From: a virus
Virus record (IMG/VR): IMGVR_UViG_3300029714_000026
Location: 1 to 35,272 of that record
DNA: 35,272 nucleotides
Strand: one strand, 5' to 3'
The notes below the pieces were generated by a model, which saw only the letters and a list, made by a program, of their open reading frames with translations, made no database searches and was not told the origin of the DNA. Below are positions 7,088 through 16,356 of this stretch, piece by piece. The stretch's first letter is position 1. Each line of letters starts with the position of its first letter. The position numbers and the translations under genes are program-made.

Positions 7088-8103
7088 GGTTTCCTCCTGA
7101 GGATCGGTGTGCCGATCTCGGTGGTGACCGTGTTCTCGCCCTTCTGGGAACTCAGGGTCACACTTGTAATGCGGGCCGCTGCCTGGATGTCGGTGCCGGG
7201 GAGGCTGGCGGCCACCACCTTGCCCACCGTGACCGTTCCGGTCGGGGTAAAGCGGAAGTTCTCAATGCGGGTGTGCTTGGCCAGTTCCTGCTCACCCAGC
7301 GCCCGCAGCGCGGCCAGATAGTCCTCCTGGCTCTGGCCGTCCTTCTTCTTTTTAGAGGTGGCGTCCAGATACAGTTCCCGCCGGGCAGAGCCGGTGTTGC
7401 CGGTGGCACCCACGGTGACGGTGCCGTCCGCGCCCGCCACGGTCACGATGTTCTTGTAGTCGGTGATGCTCTCAGTGTAGGTCAGGCCGGTCAGGTTGCC
7501 GTACTGCGGGGCGTACCGGGCGTTGGGATCCAGCTTTGGGCGGTACAGCTCAAACAGCAGCTTTTTGGCCTGCTGGTCGAACCGCACCCGGAACCCGATG
7601 TCCAGTTTCTGGCACACCTGCTCGGCGATGCTGAGCAGGCTGCCGGGCTTTACCTCGCCGGTGTAGGTGTCGGCAAGATCTGCAAGCACGCCCAGCTCCA
7701 GCCCCGGCCATGCAGCCGCACCGGACACAAGGCTGCGCAGGGTGCTTTCCACCGCAAAGCCGCTCAGGGTCTGAGTGCTGATGCGCTCGTCCAGGATGCA
7801 GGCGGCGTCTTTGGCCGAGATCACGAGCTTGTGTTCGGAGCGGTCGGTCTGCGCCGAGCAGATGCGCATGATGCGGTCGGAGCCGGTGAGCCAGAGGTAC
7901 CGGTCCGGGCGGCACAGCGCCTGCAGGGCGGTGGAGGCGTGCAGCTCCAGCTGTGCACCCTGCACCCCGCTGTACACGTTGTAGCGCTCCGGCCAGACCA
8001 GCGATACCCAGCTTTCCAGCCGGCCCAGCAGGTTCAGCTGGCCGTCGTAGACGCAGATGCTCTTGTGGCCGCCTGCGGTCAGGGTACTTGTCCGTTCAGC
8101 CAT
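7084..8103 (-). CDS. Tail-associated (Tal-like) minor structural protein / baseplate hub N-terminal type
   Basis: 339 aa directly after the Dit-like gene with an 8-nt overlap. Canonical TMP-Dit-Tal order of siphoviruses. Confidence 0.6.
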   Translation of the reverse strand: MAERTSTLTAGGHKSICVYDGQLNLLGRLESWVSLVWPERYNVYSGVQGAQLELHASTALQALCRPDRYLWLTGSDRIMRICSAQTDRSEHKLVISAKDAACILDERISTQTLSGFAVESTLRSLVSGAAAWPGLELGVLADLADTYTGEVKPGSLLSIAEQVCQKLDIGFRVRFDQQAKKLLFELYRPKLDPNARYAPQYGNLTGLTYTESITDYKNIVTVAGADGTVTVGATGNTGSARRELYLDATSKKKKDGQSQEDYLAALRALGEQELAKHTRIENFRFTPTGTVTVGKVVAASLPGTDIQAAARITSVTLSSQKGENTVTTEIGTPILRRKP

Positions 8104-8953
8104 TGCCGCCCACCTCCAGGACCACGGTGGAGAACGCCGTGCTGCAGGTCAGGGTCAGGAACAGCCATTCCGTGCCGGAATCCGCTGTGCGCTGCCATGC
8201 CTGCGTCCCGTGGCGCAAAGTCCACAGGGTGCTGCTCCCGTCCAGCGTGGACATGATGTTGTAGCCGGTGCCGTCGATGATCTGTTCCAGTTTCAGCTGG
8301 CCGCTCTCGCGGTACAGCCGGAGCTTGTCGCCGTCCTGCAGGGTGGTGACAAAGCGCAGGAACTCGCCGGTCTCCGGGTCCTTGACGCCGGGGTTTACCA
8401 CCGGGCCGCGGGCCTCCAACGTCAGCTGCCAGTCCTGGGTGGCCAGCCCGGTGTTGGCGATACGCAAATAGTTGGCCTGTTCCCGCACGCCGTAGCTGTG
8501 CACGTCGTAGCACACCGGCAGCCGGAAGGTGGGTGTTACGCTCAAGGTCGAGACGGTGAGCTCCTTCACTCTGTGCCAGTAAGGGTCCGGGCAGTAGAGC
8601 TGGAAACTGAACGTGGGCCACAGGCCGGACACGCTGATGTCCGGGGTGCGCTGCACCTCGGCGTCGCACCAATAAGCCCCGGCAATGGTCAGCCGGCCGG
8701 TGACGTAGGGGGCAAACACATCCCGCAATTGTCGCTTGCAGTAGTCCTGATTGCGCAGGATGCGCCCGGTGACCGTGCGGGTCACGCCGGAAATGCTCCG
8801 GCTCTCCACGGCGGCACCCACTTGCTGGTAACCCTGGCTGGTCTCCAGATCCACGGGCAGGTCACCCAGCGGGGTGATGCTCCACAACACGCCCGCCTTG
8901 TAGCCAAAGGAAAAGGTCAGGCCGTTGCTGGCCTTGAAGATCGCGTCAAACAC
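8096..8953 (-). CDS. Distal tail protein (Dit, siphovirus tail component family)
   Basis: 285 aa immediately after the tape measure gene with an 8-nt overlap. Call rests on size and position. Confidence 0.65.
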   Translation of the reverse strand: MFDAIFKASNGLTFSFGYKAGVLWSITPLGDLPVDLETSQGYQQVGAAVESRSISGVTRTVTGRILRNQDYCKRQLRDVFAPYVTGRLTIAGAYWCDAEVQRTPDISVSGLWPTFSFQLYCPDPYWHRVKELTVSTLSVTPTFRLPVCYDVHSYGVREQANYLRIANTGLATQDWQLTLEARGPVVNPGVKDPETGEFLRFVTTLQDGDKLRLYRESGQLKLEQIIDGTGYNIMSTLDGSSTLWTLRHGTQAWQRTADSGTEWLFLTLTCSTAFSTVVLEVGGNG

Positions 8954-11900
8954 CCTGCAGCACCGCCCTTTCCTGCTCGTACTGCGCCTCGCGCATCAGG
9001 TCGGCAGCCGTCTGCGCCTTGCTGTAAATATACTGATTGACCTCGATGTTGGGCCGCTGGGTGCGCTGCGGCAGCGGGGCGCGCTTCTCGTAATCCCACA
9101 GGGAGCCGGATGCCGTGGAGGTCGTGCTGCTGCCGGAAGTGCCGCCGGAGATGCCGGGCGTGGTCTTGCGCTTGAACGCGCCGCCGACGCCGGCCACGAT
9201 GGCCGCAATGGCGGCGGTCAGGGCCACGCCTGCCGCGATCATGAGCAGCGCCTGCGGGGCACCGAATCCGGTTGGGAACAGTGCCGCCGCGACGGCTTCC
9301 AGCATGCCCACAAAGGCGCTGCCGATGGAGCCGATCAGGGTGCCCATGGAGGCCAAAATCTCCGGGAAGCTGGAGATCAGTCCGCCCTTCAGGCCGGTGC
9401 TGATGGCAGCGGCAGCCGCAGTGAGCGGACCTTTCAGACCCTGAAAGATGCCGGTGAGGGTGGAGCCAAGGCCCTGCGCCTGCGTGATCACGTCCGCAAA
9501 ACCGCTGGTCAGGCCCTTGGCAAGGTCGCCGCCCATATCCCACAGGCCGTTGGAGACGGCACTGACGCCCTTGCCCAGCAAGCCGTTGACCTGCTGGATC
9601 AGGTTCTTGCCGAAGTCGTCAATGAGCTGCTTTGCCTGCGGGGCAAGGCCGTTGTACAGGGTGGACAGCACCCATTCGCCGACAGACTGCCAGTCCTGCT
9701 TCTTCACAGCGTTCACCAGCGTGCTGAAGGTGCCCACCACGCCCTTGTCGGCCTCGTCCTGCCAGCCCTTGACAAGGCCGTCGAAGCTATTGGCAGAGGC
9801 TTCCTTGATCTCCTCGGTGATCTGCGGAACGCCGTCGGCGGCAATGGTCTTGACCCGCTGCACTGTGACAAGCGCTCCGTCCACGATGTCGTTGTAGGTC
9901 TCGGTGATGACCTGCTTCTGGGTCGTGGTTTTGTCGGTCAAGGTCTCGGTGATGGTCTTGGTGCTGGTGGCAATGCCGTTGACGACGGAATCCGTTGTAG
10001 ACGTAACGGTCTTGGCTACAGTGGCGGCAATTTCCTCGTAGACCTTCTGGGTCTGGGCCGTGGTCTTGCCGTGGTCGGTGACATACTTGGTGACAGTCTT
10101 GTAGTTTTTCACTACGCCGTTCACCATCTCCTTGCCGGATTCGGTCACGGTGCGGGTCAGCCGGTCATACTCCTCGCTGCCCTTGCGCAGGTGCTCGGTG
10201 AGCTCGGTGGTCTGGATGGTCACCTTGCCCAGGGCGTTGGTGGTGTCGGTGTGGCCTGCGTCCTGCAGGGACCACAGCAGGGTCTCGGCGGCCTGTGCGG
10301 CGGCCTTGGTCTTTTTGGCCGCCTTGGTGGCGGCGTCCCCGGACTTGGTATAGGCCGGGACGACCACCTCCGCCATGGACTGGGCGCTGTCGGCCACGTC
10401 GGCGTTGGCGTCCGCCCAGACGGAGGACCAGTCGTTCCCGCTGGCGGTTTTAGCAATGGTGGCACCGGCGGTGGCTGCGATGGCTCCTGCACCAACCGCA
10501 CCGCCTTTGCCGGTGAGGCCGTTGATAAAGCTCTGGATAAGGTTCTTGCCCCACTGCACCGCCTGCGAGGGCAGGCTCTTGATCCAGGCAAGCGCACTGG
10601 AAAAGCCGCCCTTGAAGGCGTTCAGCAGGCTGGAGCCCATGCTCTTGACGCCGTTTGCCACACCAGTGAGGATGTTTTTGCCGATGTTCAGCCAGTTGAT
10701 GGCCGAGATCACCGACAACACGGCCTGCAGGATCTTCTTCCAGTTGGCCAGCAGATCCGGCACCGCCTTGACGATGCCCACGACCAGCTGCACGATGATG
10801 GAAACACCTTCAGCCAGGATCTTGGGCATGTTGTCGTTGATGATGCCGCAGATGTTGATGATGATATCCGGCACATAGGCGATCAGGTCCGGCAGACCGG
10901 CGATCAGACCGTTGAGCAGCTGGGTGATAAGGTTCAGACCGGCGTCCACAAAGCTGGCCGCGTTGTCCCGCAGCTGGTCCGTAAAGGCCAGCAGCTGCGG
11001 CAGAGCAGTGGAGAAGAACTCCGGGATGCCCTCGGTGAAGCCCTGTGCCAGGGAGCTTAGCAGCTCGGTGCCGGTCTGCAGGAGCTCCGGCACAAGGCTG
11101 TAAACGATTTCCGGAATGCCTGCCAGTACATTGCCGATCATGGGCAGCAGGTTATCCACAAGAAAGGTCTGTGCCGTGTCGGCCAGCGCCTGCAGCGGCT
11201 CGGTGAGGTCTGCGCCGGTGGACCAGTTGCCCATCACGTTTTCCGCAGCCGCCTTCATGGCGGCAAAGCTGCCGGTCAGGGTGGTGGCGGCTTCCTTTGC
11301 GGTGGTTCCGGTGATGTCCATCTCCTGCTGGATGATGTGGATGGCGCTGTACATATCGGCCAGATTGCCCAGATCGTACTTCACGCCGGAGATCTTGGTG
11401 GCGTCATTCAACAGCCGCTGCATCTCGGCCTGGGTGCCGCCGTAGCCGAGCTTGAGGTTGTCCAGCATGGTGTAATTCTGCTTGGCAAAGCCCTGATAGG
11501 CGTTCTGGATATCCTGCATATCCGTGCCCATCTTGTTGGCGTTGTCGGCCATATCCACCATGGCCATGTTGGCAAGCTGGGCGGCGGCGTTGGTGTCCTG
11601 GCTGACGCTGGACAGCAGGCTGGCCGCAAAGCTGGTGGTCTGCTCCATGTAGTCGTTGGCCGAAAGCCCCACGGTCCGGTATGCCTGCGCGGCGTACTCC
11701 TTGACCGTGTCGGCACTGTCCTTGAACAGCGTTTCCACGCCGCCAAGGCTCTGCTGCAGGGCACCGCCCATGTTGATGGAATCCGAGATGATCTTGCCGA
11801 TGCCGGCCGCCGCGATCACTTTCTTCAGGGTGCCGACCAGTTTCTGGCCGATGCTCTGCCCGGTCTGCTCGCCAAGGCCTTCGGTCTCTTCGTCAAACAT

Positions 11901-11981
11901 CTCGGTCAGGGCGCTTTTGATGCCCTGCGCCGAGGGCACGATCTGGACATACGCCTTGCCCAGTTCGATTCCGTCCGCCAT
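8946..11981 (-). CDS. Tape measure protein
   Basis: 1011 aa, the largest gene. N-terminus MADGIELGKAYVQIVPSAQGIKS is typical of TMPs. Gly/Ala-rich hydrophobic segments. Follows the G/GT chaperones. Confidence 0.9.
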   Translation of the reverse strand: MADGIELGKAYVQIVPSAQGIKSALTEMFDEETEGLGEQTGQSIGQKLVGTLKKVIAAAGIGKIISDSINMGGALQQSLGGVETLFKDSADTVKEYAAQAYRTVGLSANDYMEQTTSFAASLLSSVSQDTNAAAQLANMAMVDMADNANKMGTDMQDIQNAYQGFAKQNYTMLDNLKLGYGGTQAEMQRLLNDATKISGVKYDLGNLADMYSAIHIIQQEMDITGTTAKEAATTLTGSFAAMKAAAENVMGNWSTGADLTEPLQALADTAQTFLVDNLLPMIGNVLAGIPEIVYSLVPELLQTGTELLSSLAQGFTEGIPEFFSTALPQLLAFTDQLRDNAASFVDAGLNLITQLLNGLIAGLPDLIAYVPDIIINICGIINDNMPKILAEGVSIIVQLVVGIVKAVPDLLANWKKILQAVLSVISAINWLNIGKNILTGVANGVKSMGSSLLNAFKGGFSSALAWIKSLPSQAVQWGKNLIQSFINGLTGKGGAVGAGAIAATAGATIAKTASGNDWSSVWADANADVADSAQSMAEVVVPAYTKSGDAATKAAKKTKAAAQAAETLLWSLQDAGHTDTTNALGKVTIQTTELTEHLRKGSEEYDRLTRTVTESGKEMVNGVVKNYKTVTKYVTDHGKTTAQTQKVYEEIAATVAKTVTSTTDSVVNGIATSTKTITETLTDKTTTQKQVITETYNDIVDGALVTVQRVKTIAADGVPQITEEIKEASANSFDGLVKGWQDEADKGVVGTFSTLVNAVKKQDWQSVGEWVLSTLYNGLAPQAKQLIDDFGKNLIQQVNGLLGKGVSAVSNGLWDMGGDLAKGLTSGFADVITQAQGLGSTLTGIFQGLKGPLTAAAAAISTGLKGGLISSFPEILASMGTLIGSIGSAFVGMLEAVAAALFPTGFGAPQALLMIAAGVALTAAIAAIVAGVGGAFKRKTTPGISGGTSGSSTTSTASGSLWDYEKRAPLPQRTQRPNIEVNQYIYSKAQTAADLMREAQYEQERAVLQGV

Positions 11982-11985
11982 GGTG

Positions 11986-12611
11986 TCAACCTCCTTTCAG
12001 CGCCGCAAGGGCGGCGTCAAATTCTTCTGCGCTGGCGTAGCACTGCACGTTGCTGGTGTCCGCCTCGCCGCGCAGGTCGGCCAGCACGGAGGGCGGCTTG
12101 GACGTGTCGCTGTGCAGCCACCAGAGCACCTGGGTCAGGCGGTCGGCGGCATAGGCCAGCAGTTCCGTCTCAAAGTCCACCGTGCGGCCTGCCGCCTTGC
12201 GCAGGCTGCGGCTTGTTTCCGGCAGGCCTGCGGCCAGGGTGGCGGCCAGACGCAGCGGCAGGGCGCGCCAGTCCAGTACATGGTAATACTGGGCAAAATC
12301 GCAGATCAGGGCGTCCTCGTCCGATGCGATCAGTTCGGCGAGGATGCAGAGTTTTTTCCGGCCGTGAAGCTGTTCATCAGCTCGCCCAGAGCGTCCGCCA
12401 CCTTGGCCACCGGCACACGGCCGTCCGGGGTGCGCAGGTGGTCGTACAGCTTCTTCCGGCCCTCCTTGCCCAGCAGGCGCAGGGTCAGGTGGCTCATGTC
12501 AAAGACGTTGCCGTCCTGCATGCCGCCCAGGGCGTCCAGCAACTCGGCGTCGTCCAGTGCGTCCTCGCTCAGCTCAATTTCAAAGCCGTCGTTGGTTTTT
12601 GCAGTGATCAT
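11986..12611 (-). CDS. Tail assembly chaperone GT fusion produced by a -1 programmed frameshift
   Basis: The -1 frame is open from the slippery site (12351-12357) to the stop at 11986, checked by manual translation. The frame offset between the two ORFs matches a -1 shift. Confidence 0.75.
12330..12611 (-). CDS. Tail assembly chaperone (gpG-like)
   Basis: 93-aa acidic ORF between the major tail and tape measure genes. It ends just after an A_AAA_AAC slippery heptamer. Confidence 0.8.
   Translation of the reverse strand: MITAKTNDGFEIELSEDALDDAELLDALGGMQDGNVFDMSHLTLRLLGKEGRKKLYDHLRTPDGRVPVAKVADALGELMNSFTAGKNSASSPN
12351..12357 (-). promoter_or_regulatory. -1 ribosomal frameshift slippery heptamer A_AAA_AAC
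   Basis: Zero-frame reading is GCC GGA AAA AAC, 7 codons before the gpG stop. Confidence 0.75.
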
Positions 12612-13201
12612 GCCTGCACCTCCTTGGTCTTGGCAGCGGTCTGGGCGGCAGCAGTGCCGCCCAGAATGTACTCGTAATGGGTGTTGCCCTGGGCATCCGG
12701 CACGGCGGTCAGGGTGGTGTTGTAACCCACGGCGCTCTTGGCGTAGGTGATATCGCCCACGGCGGTGACGGCGGCATCCGGGATGACGATGCGCTTGACC
12801 GCCTTGTTCTTCATCACCATCTCAATGACCCAGCTGCAGTCCTTCTGCTCGGAGGAGTTTGCCTTGACCGTGATGCCGGTGTCCAGCGTGCCGGTGACGT
12901 TGTCGTCGCCGTACACGGACTTGAGCACCTCCACGTTCAGGGCCTCCAGCAGGGTGTACTGGAAGGTGTCGGGCTTCTCGGTCTGCTGGGTCAGCACGGT
13001 GTCGCCGCCCCAGGCGTTGGTGTTCTCGCTGGAGGGCGAGTTGCTGTTGGTCACGCCGTCCTCGGAGGCGTAGCCCAGGCACTTAAAAGCCTTGTCCAGT
13101 TCGGTCTTGGCGTCGGTGGGCAGCGGGGTGCCCAGCGGGGCACGCCAGATGGCACCGCCCACTTTGGGCTTTGCAGCGGTCACGTTCTTTGCATCTGCCA
13201 T
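12608..13201 (-). CDS. Major tail protein
   Basis: ATG at 13201 after GAAAGGAG, 197 aa. Lies immediately upstream of the G/GT chaperones. Composition is beta-rich and Thr/Val/Gly-rich. Confidence 0.75.
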   Translation of the reverse strand: MADAKNVTAAKPKVGGAIWRAPLGTPLPTDAKTELDKAFKCLGYASEDGVTNSNSPSSENTNAWGGDTVLTQQTEKPDTFQYTLLEALNVEVLKSVYGDDNVTGTLDTGITVKANSSEQKDCSWVIEMVMKNKAVKRIVIPDAAVTAVGDITYAKSAVGYNTTLTAVPDAQGNTHYEYILGGTAAAQTAAKTKEVQA

Positions 13202-13219
13202 AAAAAAGGCTCCTTTCAA

Positions 13220-13573
13220 TCAGTAATGCACCACGCCGAAAACGGCCTGATAGCGGGGTCGTTTTCGGGTGGTGTCGGGGAAATTGTAGTCGGAATAAAG
13301 GTCGCAGCGCACAAGCTGCGGCAGGTTGTCGGCGTCCTGCATGGCGGCCTTGACAAGCTCGTTGAGCTTGGCCGCATCCAGGGTGCCGTCGTGGCTGGTG
13401 GCGGCGGGCCCGTAGGACTGCACCGCGATGGTGGCGCTATAGATGCCGTCCTCATAGCCGGAGCCGGTCTTTTCCACCACCACAAAGCGGGCGGGGGCCG
13501 GGGTTGGCACGCTCAGCCGGACCGGCACGTCCAGCCGCTCGGCCAGAAAGTTGCGGATGGTTTCTTCGATCAT
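13220..13573 (-). CDS. Tail completion / tail terminator-like protein
   Basis: 117 aa directly upstream of the major tail gene. Positional call. Confidence 0.5.
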   Translation of the reverse strand: MIEETIRNFLAERLDVPVRLSVPTPAPARFVVVEKTGSGYEDGIYSATIAVQSYGPAATSHDGTLDAAKLNELVKAAMQDADNLPQLVRCDLYSDYNFPDTTRKRPRYQAVFGVVHY

Positions 13574-13890
13574 TTCTTCCTCTGGTAGCTCCTTACGGTG
13601 ATGACCCTGCCGTCCTTCAAGTGGCGTTTGTGCTCGTGCACGGTCGCGCCCTTCCGGCTGGCTGATGTGGCTTTGAGCAGGGTGTTGTTGGTGGAATTGT
13701 CGTCAACAGCCTGCCGGGTGGCGGTCTCCACCACGGCCACGGCGCGGGTGGCGGCCACATAGGCCTCGTACCCGTCGCCACAGCGGTCTTTCACGGTATC
13801 GGCCCGCGCTTTCAGCACGGCCTGCATCTCGGGGGAGCGCATCAGGGCACGCACCCCAGCACGGTCCAGTTCAAAGCGCACTTTACTCAT
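13570..13890 (-). CDS. Neck protein (HK97 gp10-like tail-component family)
   Basis: 106 aa with ATGA-type overlaps to both neighbours. Positional call within the connector block. Confidence 0.5.
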   Translation of the reverse strand: MSKVRFELDRAGVRALMRSPEMQAVLKARADTVKDRCGDGYEAYVAATRAVAVVETATRQAVDDNSTNNTLLKATSASRKGATVHEHKRHLKDGRVITVRSYQRKK

Positions 13891-14215
13891 CCCTTACCAC
13901 CTGCACCTTCTTGTTCCAGCACAGCGGGATCATGCGCTCGATGCCCTGCACGACGCCCCCGCAGGTGCGGAAGTGCTGGCCGAAAAACGCCACCTGCACG
14001 TCGTTCCAGTCGTGGGCGTCGCCCTTGGGGATGGCCAGCGTGTAGGCCAGCCGCCGGCCGGTCAGCTGCAGTTCGGTGGTGATCTCCTCGGCGGAGGGTT
14101 CGCCCACCAGCACGTTGTGCACGGTGACCGGCGTTTCGGTGTAGACCGGGGCGTCGGCCTCGTCTGTGCCGGACTGGGTCTTTTCGTACAGGGTGACGTC
14201 GATGCCTTTCAACAT
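13883..14215 (-). CDS. Head-tail adaptor / head closure protein
   Basis: 110 aa, second gene after the capsid gene. Positional call. Confidence 0.5.
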   Translation of the reverse strand: MLKGIDVTLYEKTQSGTDEADAPVYTETPVTVHNVLVGEPSAEEITTELQLTGRRLAYTLAIPKGDAHDWNDVQVAFFGQHFRTCGGVVQGIERMIPLCWNKKVQVVRDE

Positions 14216-14583
14216 AAGTCCTCCAGCGGGCTGCGGGCCCCCACGCGGCTGCCCACGCCCAGCAGTTTCTTTTCCAGTTTGGAAAGATACAGCTCCCCGG
14301 AAGAGCCGCCGCTCATGGTCCAGCTCTGGGAGAAGCCCAGCGCGGTGGCGGTGCCCTGGGTGGCCCCCATGGGGAAGCTGACGCCGCCCGTGCTGTCGTC
14401 CTCGCCCAACTGGCGGCGCACCATCCGGCAGGAAACGAGCTGTTTGGCGTCCGCTCCGGCGTCCGGGTTGTAGGCGTCAATGATAATGGCCGCCTCGCTC
14501 AGCAGTGCGGCGCACCGGGTCTGTTCGTCCTTTGACAGGGCACGGAACCCGGCTTCCACATCAAACACTTCGGCGTAGGTCAT
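14209..14583 (-). CDS. Head-tail connector protein (gp6-like)
   Basis: 124 aa, first gene after the major capsid gene. Positional call. Confidence 0.5.
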   Translation of the reverse strand: MTYAEVFDVEAGFRALSKDEQTRCAALLSEAAIIIDAYNPDAGADAKQLVSCRMVRRQLGEDDSTGGVSFPMGATQGTATALGFSQSWTMSGGSSGELYLSKLEKKLLGVGSRVGARSPLEDLC

Positions 14584-14595
14584 GAGGGCACCTCA

Positions 14596-15471
14596 TCAGG
14601 CTTCGGTCTTGGTCAGCTTGTTGAACACGGTGGTGTCGCAGCGGAAGCCCACCTCGATCTCGGCACGCACGGCGAACATGTTCTGCTGGAACAGGTTGAT
14701 GGTGTTGGAACCGTCGGTCAGGGTGGCCTGGTCGGAAATTGCGATCTGCACGCCCTCCACGGTGCCGTACATGGCCTGCGACCAGTCACCGGCAAAGCCG
14801 ACAACGTGCTTCTTGGCGGCAGTGGAATCCGCGATGTAGGCACCCTTGCTCTGCAGGGTCTTTGCGCCCAGGATCATGGGCACGGCACCCTCGGCCACGT
14901 TGTTCAGGAACAGCGGACGGCCGGTGGTGTCCACGGCGTTCAGCAGGGCGGCCTTGCCCTTGGGGGACAGCACCCAGCCGTTCAGGATGCCGTTGTGGTC
15001 GGAGATGTCGGCGTCGGCAGCCACAAGGCCCTGATAGGCATTGGTGCCGATCTCCTGCGCGGTGCAGCTCTTCAGGGTGTCGAAGTTGGAGCCCGGCACG
15101 GTGACGCCGCCAAACACCGTGGCGTCGAACTTCTGGGCCAGTGCCAGCGGCAGACGCTTCACCAGCTCATCGTACAGGGCCGGCACATCGCGGCGGAACT
15201 GGTTGGAAAAGGGCACGATGACGGCCAGCGTGTAGGGCTGCATGACCTTGGTGGCCAGCGTGCCGCGCTTGACGGGCTTCTTGTCGGTCTCGCCGACCCA
15301 TGCGGCCTCCGGGTCGCCGGTGATGACCGGAATGGTCACGCCCAGGCCCGGCAGCTTGATGGAGCGGGCCAGCGCCATGACGGCGGAGCTCTCCTGCGTT
15401 TTCTGCAGGATCTCGCTGGACACCTCACCGGGCAGGGTGATGGTGGTAGTGCGGTTGATATCAGTTGCCAT
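14596..15471 (-). CDS. Major capsid protein, HK97-fold family
   Basis: 291 aa. LPGEVSSEILQKTQESSAVMALA...PEAAWVGETDKKPV...LAVIVPFSNQFRRD matches the conserved N-terminal pattern of Phage_capsid-type proteins. Preceded by a scaffold gene. Confidence 0.85.
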   Translation of the reverse strand: MATDINRTTTITLPGEVSSEILQKTQESSAVMALARSIKLPGLGVTIPVITGDPEAAWVGETDKKPVKRGTLATKVMQPYTLAVIVPFSNQFRRDVPALYDELVKRLPLALAQKFDATVFGGVTVPGSNFDTLKSCTAQEIGTNAYQGLVAADADISDHNGILNGWVLSPKGKAALLNAVDTTGRPLFLNNVAEGAVPMILGAKTLQSKGAYIADSTAAKKHVVGFAGDWSQAMYGTVEGVQIAISDQATLTDGSNTINLFQQNMFAVRAEIEVGFRCDTTVFNKLTKTEA

Positions 15472-15490
15472 AGAAAAAACTCCTTTGCTG

Positions 15491-15979
15491 TTACTTGGTC
15501 ACCTGCGCGAACCAGTCAGCAAACTGCTGGCGGGTGGAGCCGGTGGGTTTGTTGCGGACTTCGCCGCCGTCCCGGATGCTGGGGTAGCCGGGCTGTGCAA
15601 ACTTGAGGATGGCCTGTGCCTGTGCGGTACAAGCCTCTTCGGTGTCGCCGGAAAGCAGTTCGGCAGGCACGCCGGTGGCGGCCGCCACCTTGCCGCGGAT
15701 GTCCCGCAGGGTGTTGGCCTTGGTCATGCTGTCCAGCTGCGCCTGCAGCTTTGCGGCCTTCTCGTTTGCCTTCTGCAGCTCGGTCTTGCCCGCTTCCTGC
15801 GCGGCATCGAACTGCTGGGCCTTGGCCTTCAGATCGTCGTAGTCGGCGTATTTGGAGCGCTCCCGGCTCAGCCGGTCGGAGATGATGGCGTTCATCTCGG
15901 CCTGGGTGAAGGTGCGCTCATTGTTCTGCTGCCCCTCGGCAGCGGGGGTGGTGGGTTCCTGGTGTACAGTTTCTGCCAT
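15491..15979 (-). CDS. Capsid scaffolding protein
   Basis: 162-aa charged helical protein (FTQAEMNAIISDRLSRERSKYADYDDLKAKA...) immediately upstream of the capsid gene. Confidence 0.75.
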   Translation of the reverse strand: MAETVHQEPTTPAAEGQQNNERTFTQAEMNAIISDRLSRERSKYADYDDLKAKAQQFDAAQEAGKTELQKANEKAAKLQAQLDSMTKANTLRDIRGKVAAATGVPAELLSGDTEEACTAQAQAILKFAQPGYPSIRDGGEVRNKPTGSTRQQFADWFAQVTK

Positions 15980-16044
15980 AGTGGTAAATTCCTTTCCCGG
16001 CTTTTCCGCAGCCGTGGCGTGTATTTGCTGCAGATCTTGCAGCG

Positions 16045-16121
16045 TGGCACCGTCTGGAGGTATCGAACCTCCCGCTTCCGGTTTTGGAGACCGGCGCTCT
16101 TCCAGAATGAGCTAAGACGGC
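16045..16121 (-). tRNA. Phage-encoded tRNA-Trp (anticodon CCA)
   Basis: 77 nt reading GCCGTCT-TA-GCTC-ATTCTGGAA-GAGC-G-CCGGT-CTCCAAA-ACCGG-AAGCG-GGAGG-TTCGATA-CCTCC-AGACGGT-G-CCA. Canonical cloverleaf with G1:U72, G73 and encoded CCA. Confidence 0.85.
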
Positions 16122-16123
16122 AT

Positions 16124-16156
16124 GAAAAAAGCACCGTGCATTTTTTGCACAGTGCT
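16124..16156 (-). terminator. Intrinsic terminator (second of a tandem pair) just upstream of tRNA-Trp
   Basis: Minus strand reads AGCACTGTGCA-AAAAA-TGCACGGTGCT followed by TTTTTT. 11-bp stem with one mismatch. Confidence 0.65.
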
Positions 16157-16171
16157 TTGAAAAAATGGGCA

Positions 16172-16203
16172 ACAAAAAACCACGGTGCGTGTGCATCGTG
16201 GTT
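16172..16203 (-). terminator. Intrinsic terminator (first of a tandem pair) overlapping the stop of the 50-aa ORF
   Basis: Minus strand reads AACCACG-ATGCACACGCAC-CGTGGTT followed by TTTTTG. Confidence 0.55.
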
Positions 16204-16355
16204 CAACTTTCAATCCAAGAATATTTTTCTTTGAGCGAATTGTAAACTTTGCGAATTTCGGGTGGTGTGTCTTCACGGAGAATGTAATTTCCGTCCTTGT
16301 CGAAGGTAAACCATTCGTCCATGGATTCGCTGCGCTTAATATCTTCGTCAGACAT
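16203..16355 (-). CDS. Hypothetical 50-aa acidic protein (candidate immunity/partner of the MuF C-terminal domain)
   Basis: Manual translation: MSDEDIKRSESMDEWFTFDKDGNYILREDTPPEIRKVYNSLKEKYSWIES. It starts 1 nt after the MuF stop and is as AT-rich as the MuF C-terminal domain. Confidence 0.5.
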   Translation of the reverse strand: MSDEDIKRSESMDEWFTFDKDGNYILREDTPPEIRKVYNSLKEKYSWIES

Positions 16356-16356
16356 C

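Noticed and set aside
8925-11060. Very long plus-strand ORFs antisense to structural genes (for example 8925-11060 at 711 aa, 3669-4895, 6197-7321, 11337-12677, 19065-20645, 27005-28408)
   Set aside because: They lie opposite genes with clear phage motifs and good RBSs. They are Arg/Gly/Ala/Pro-rich, as expected for stop-poor antisense frames in GC-rich DNA, and lack Shine-Dalgarno sequences.
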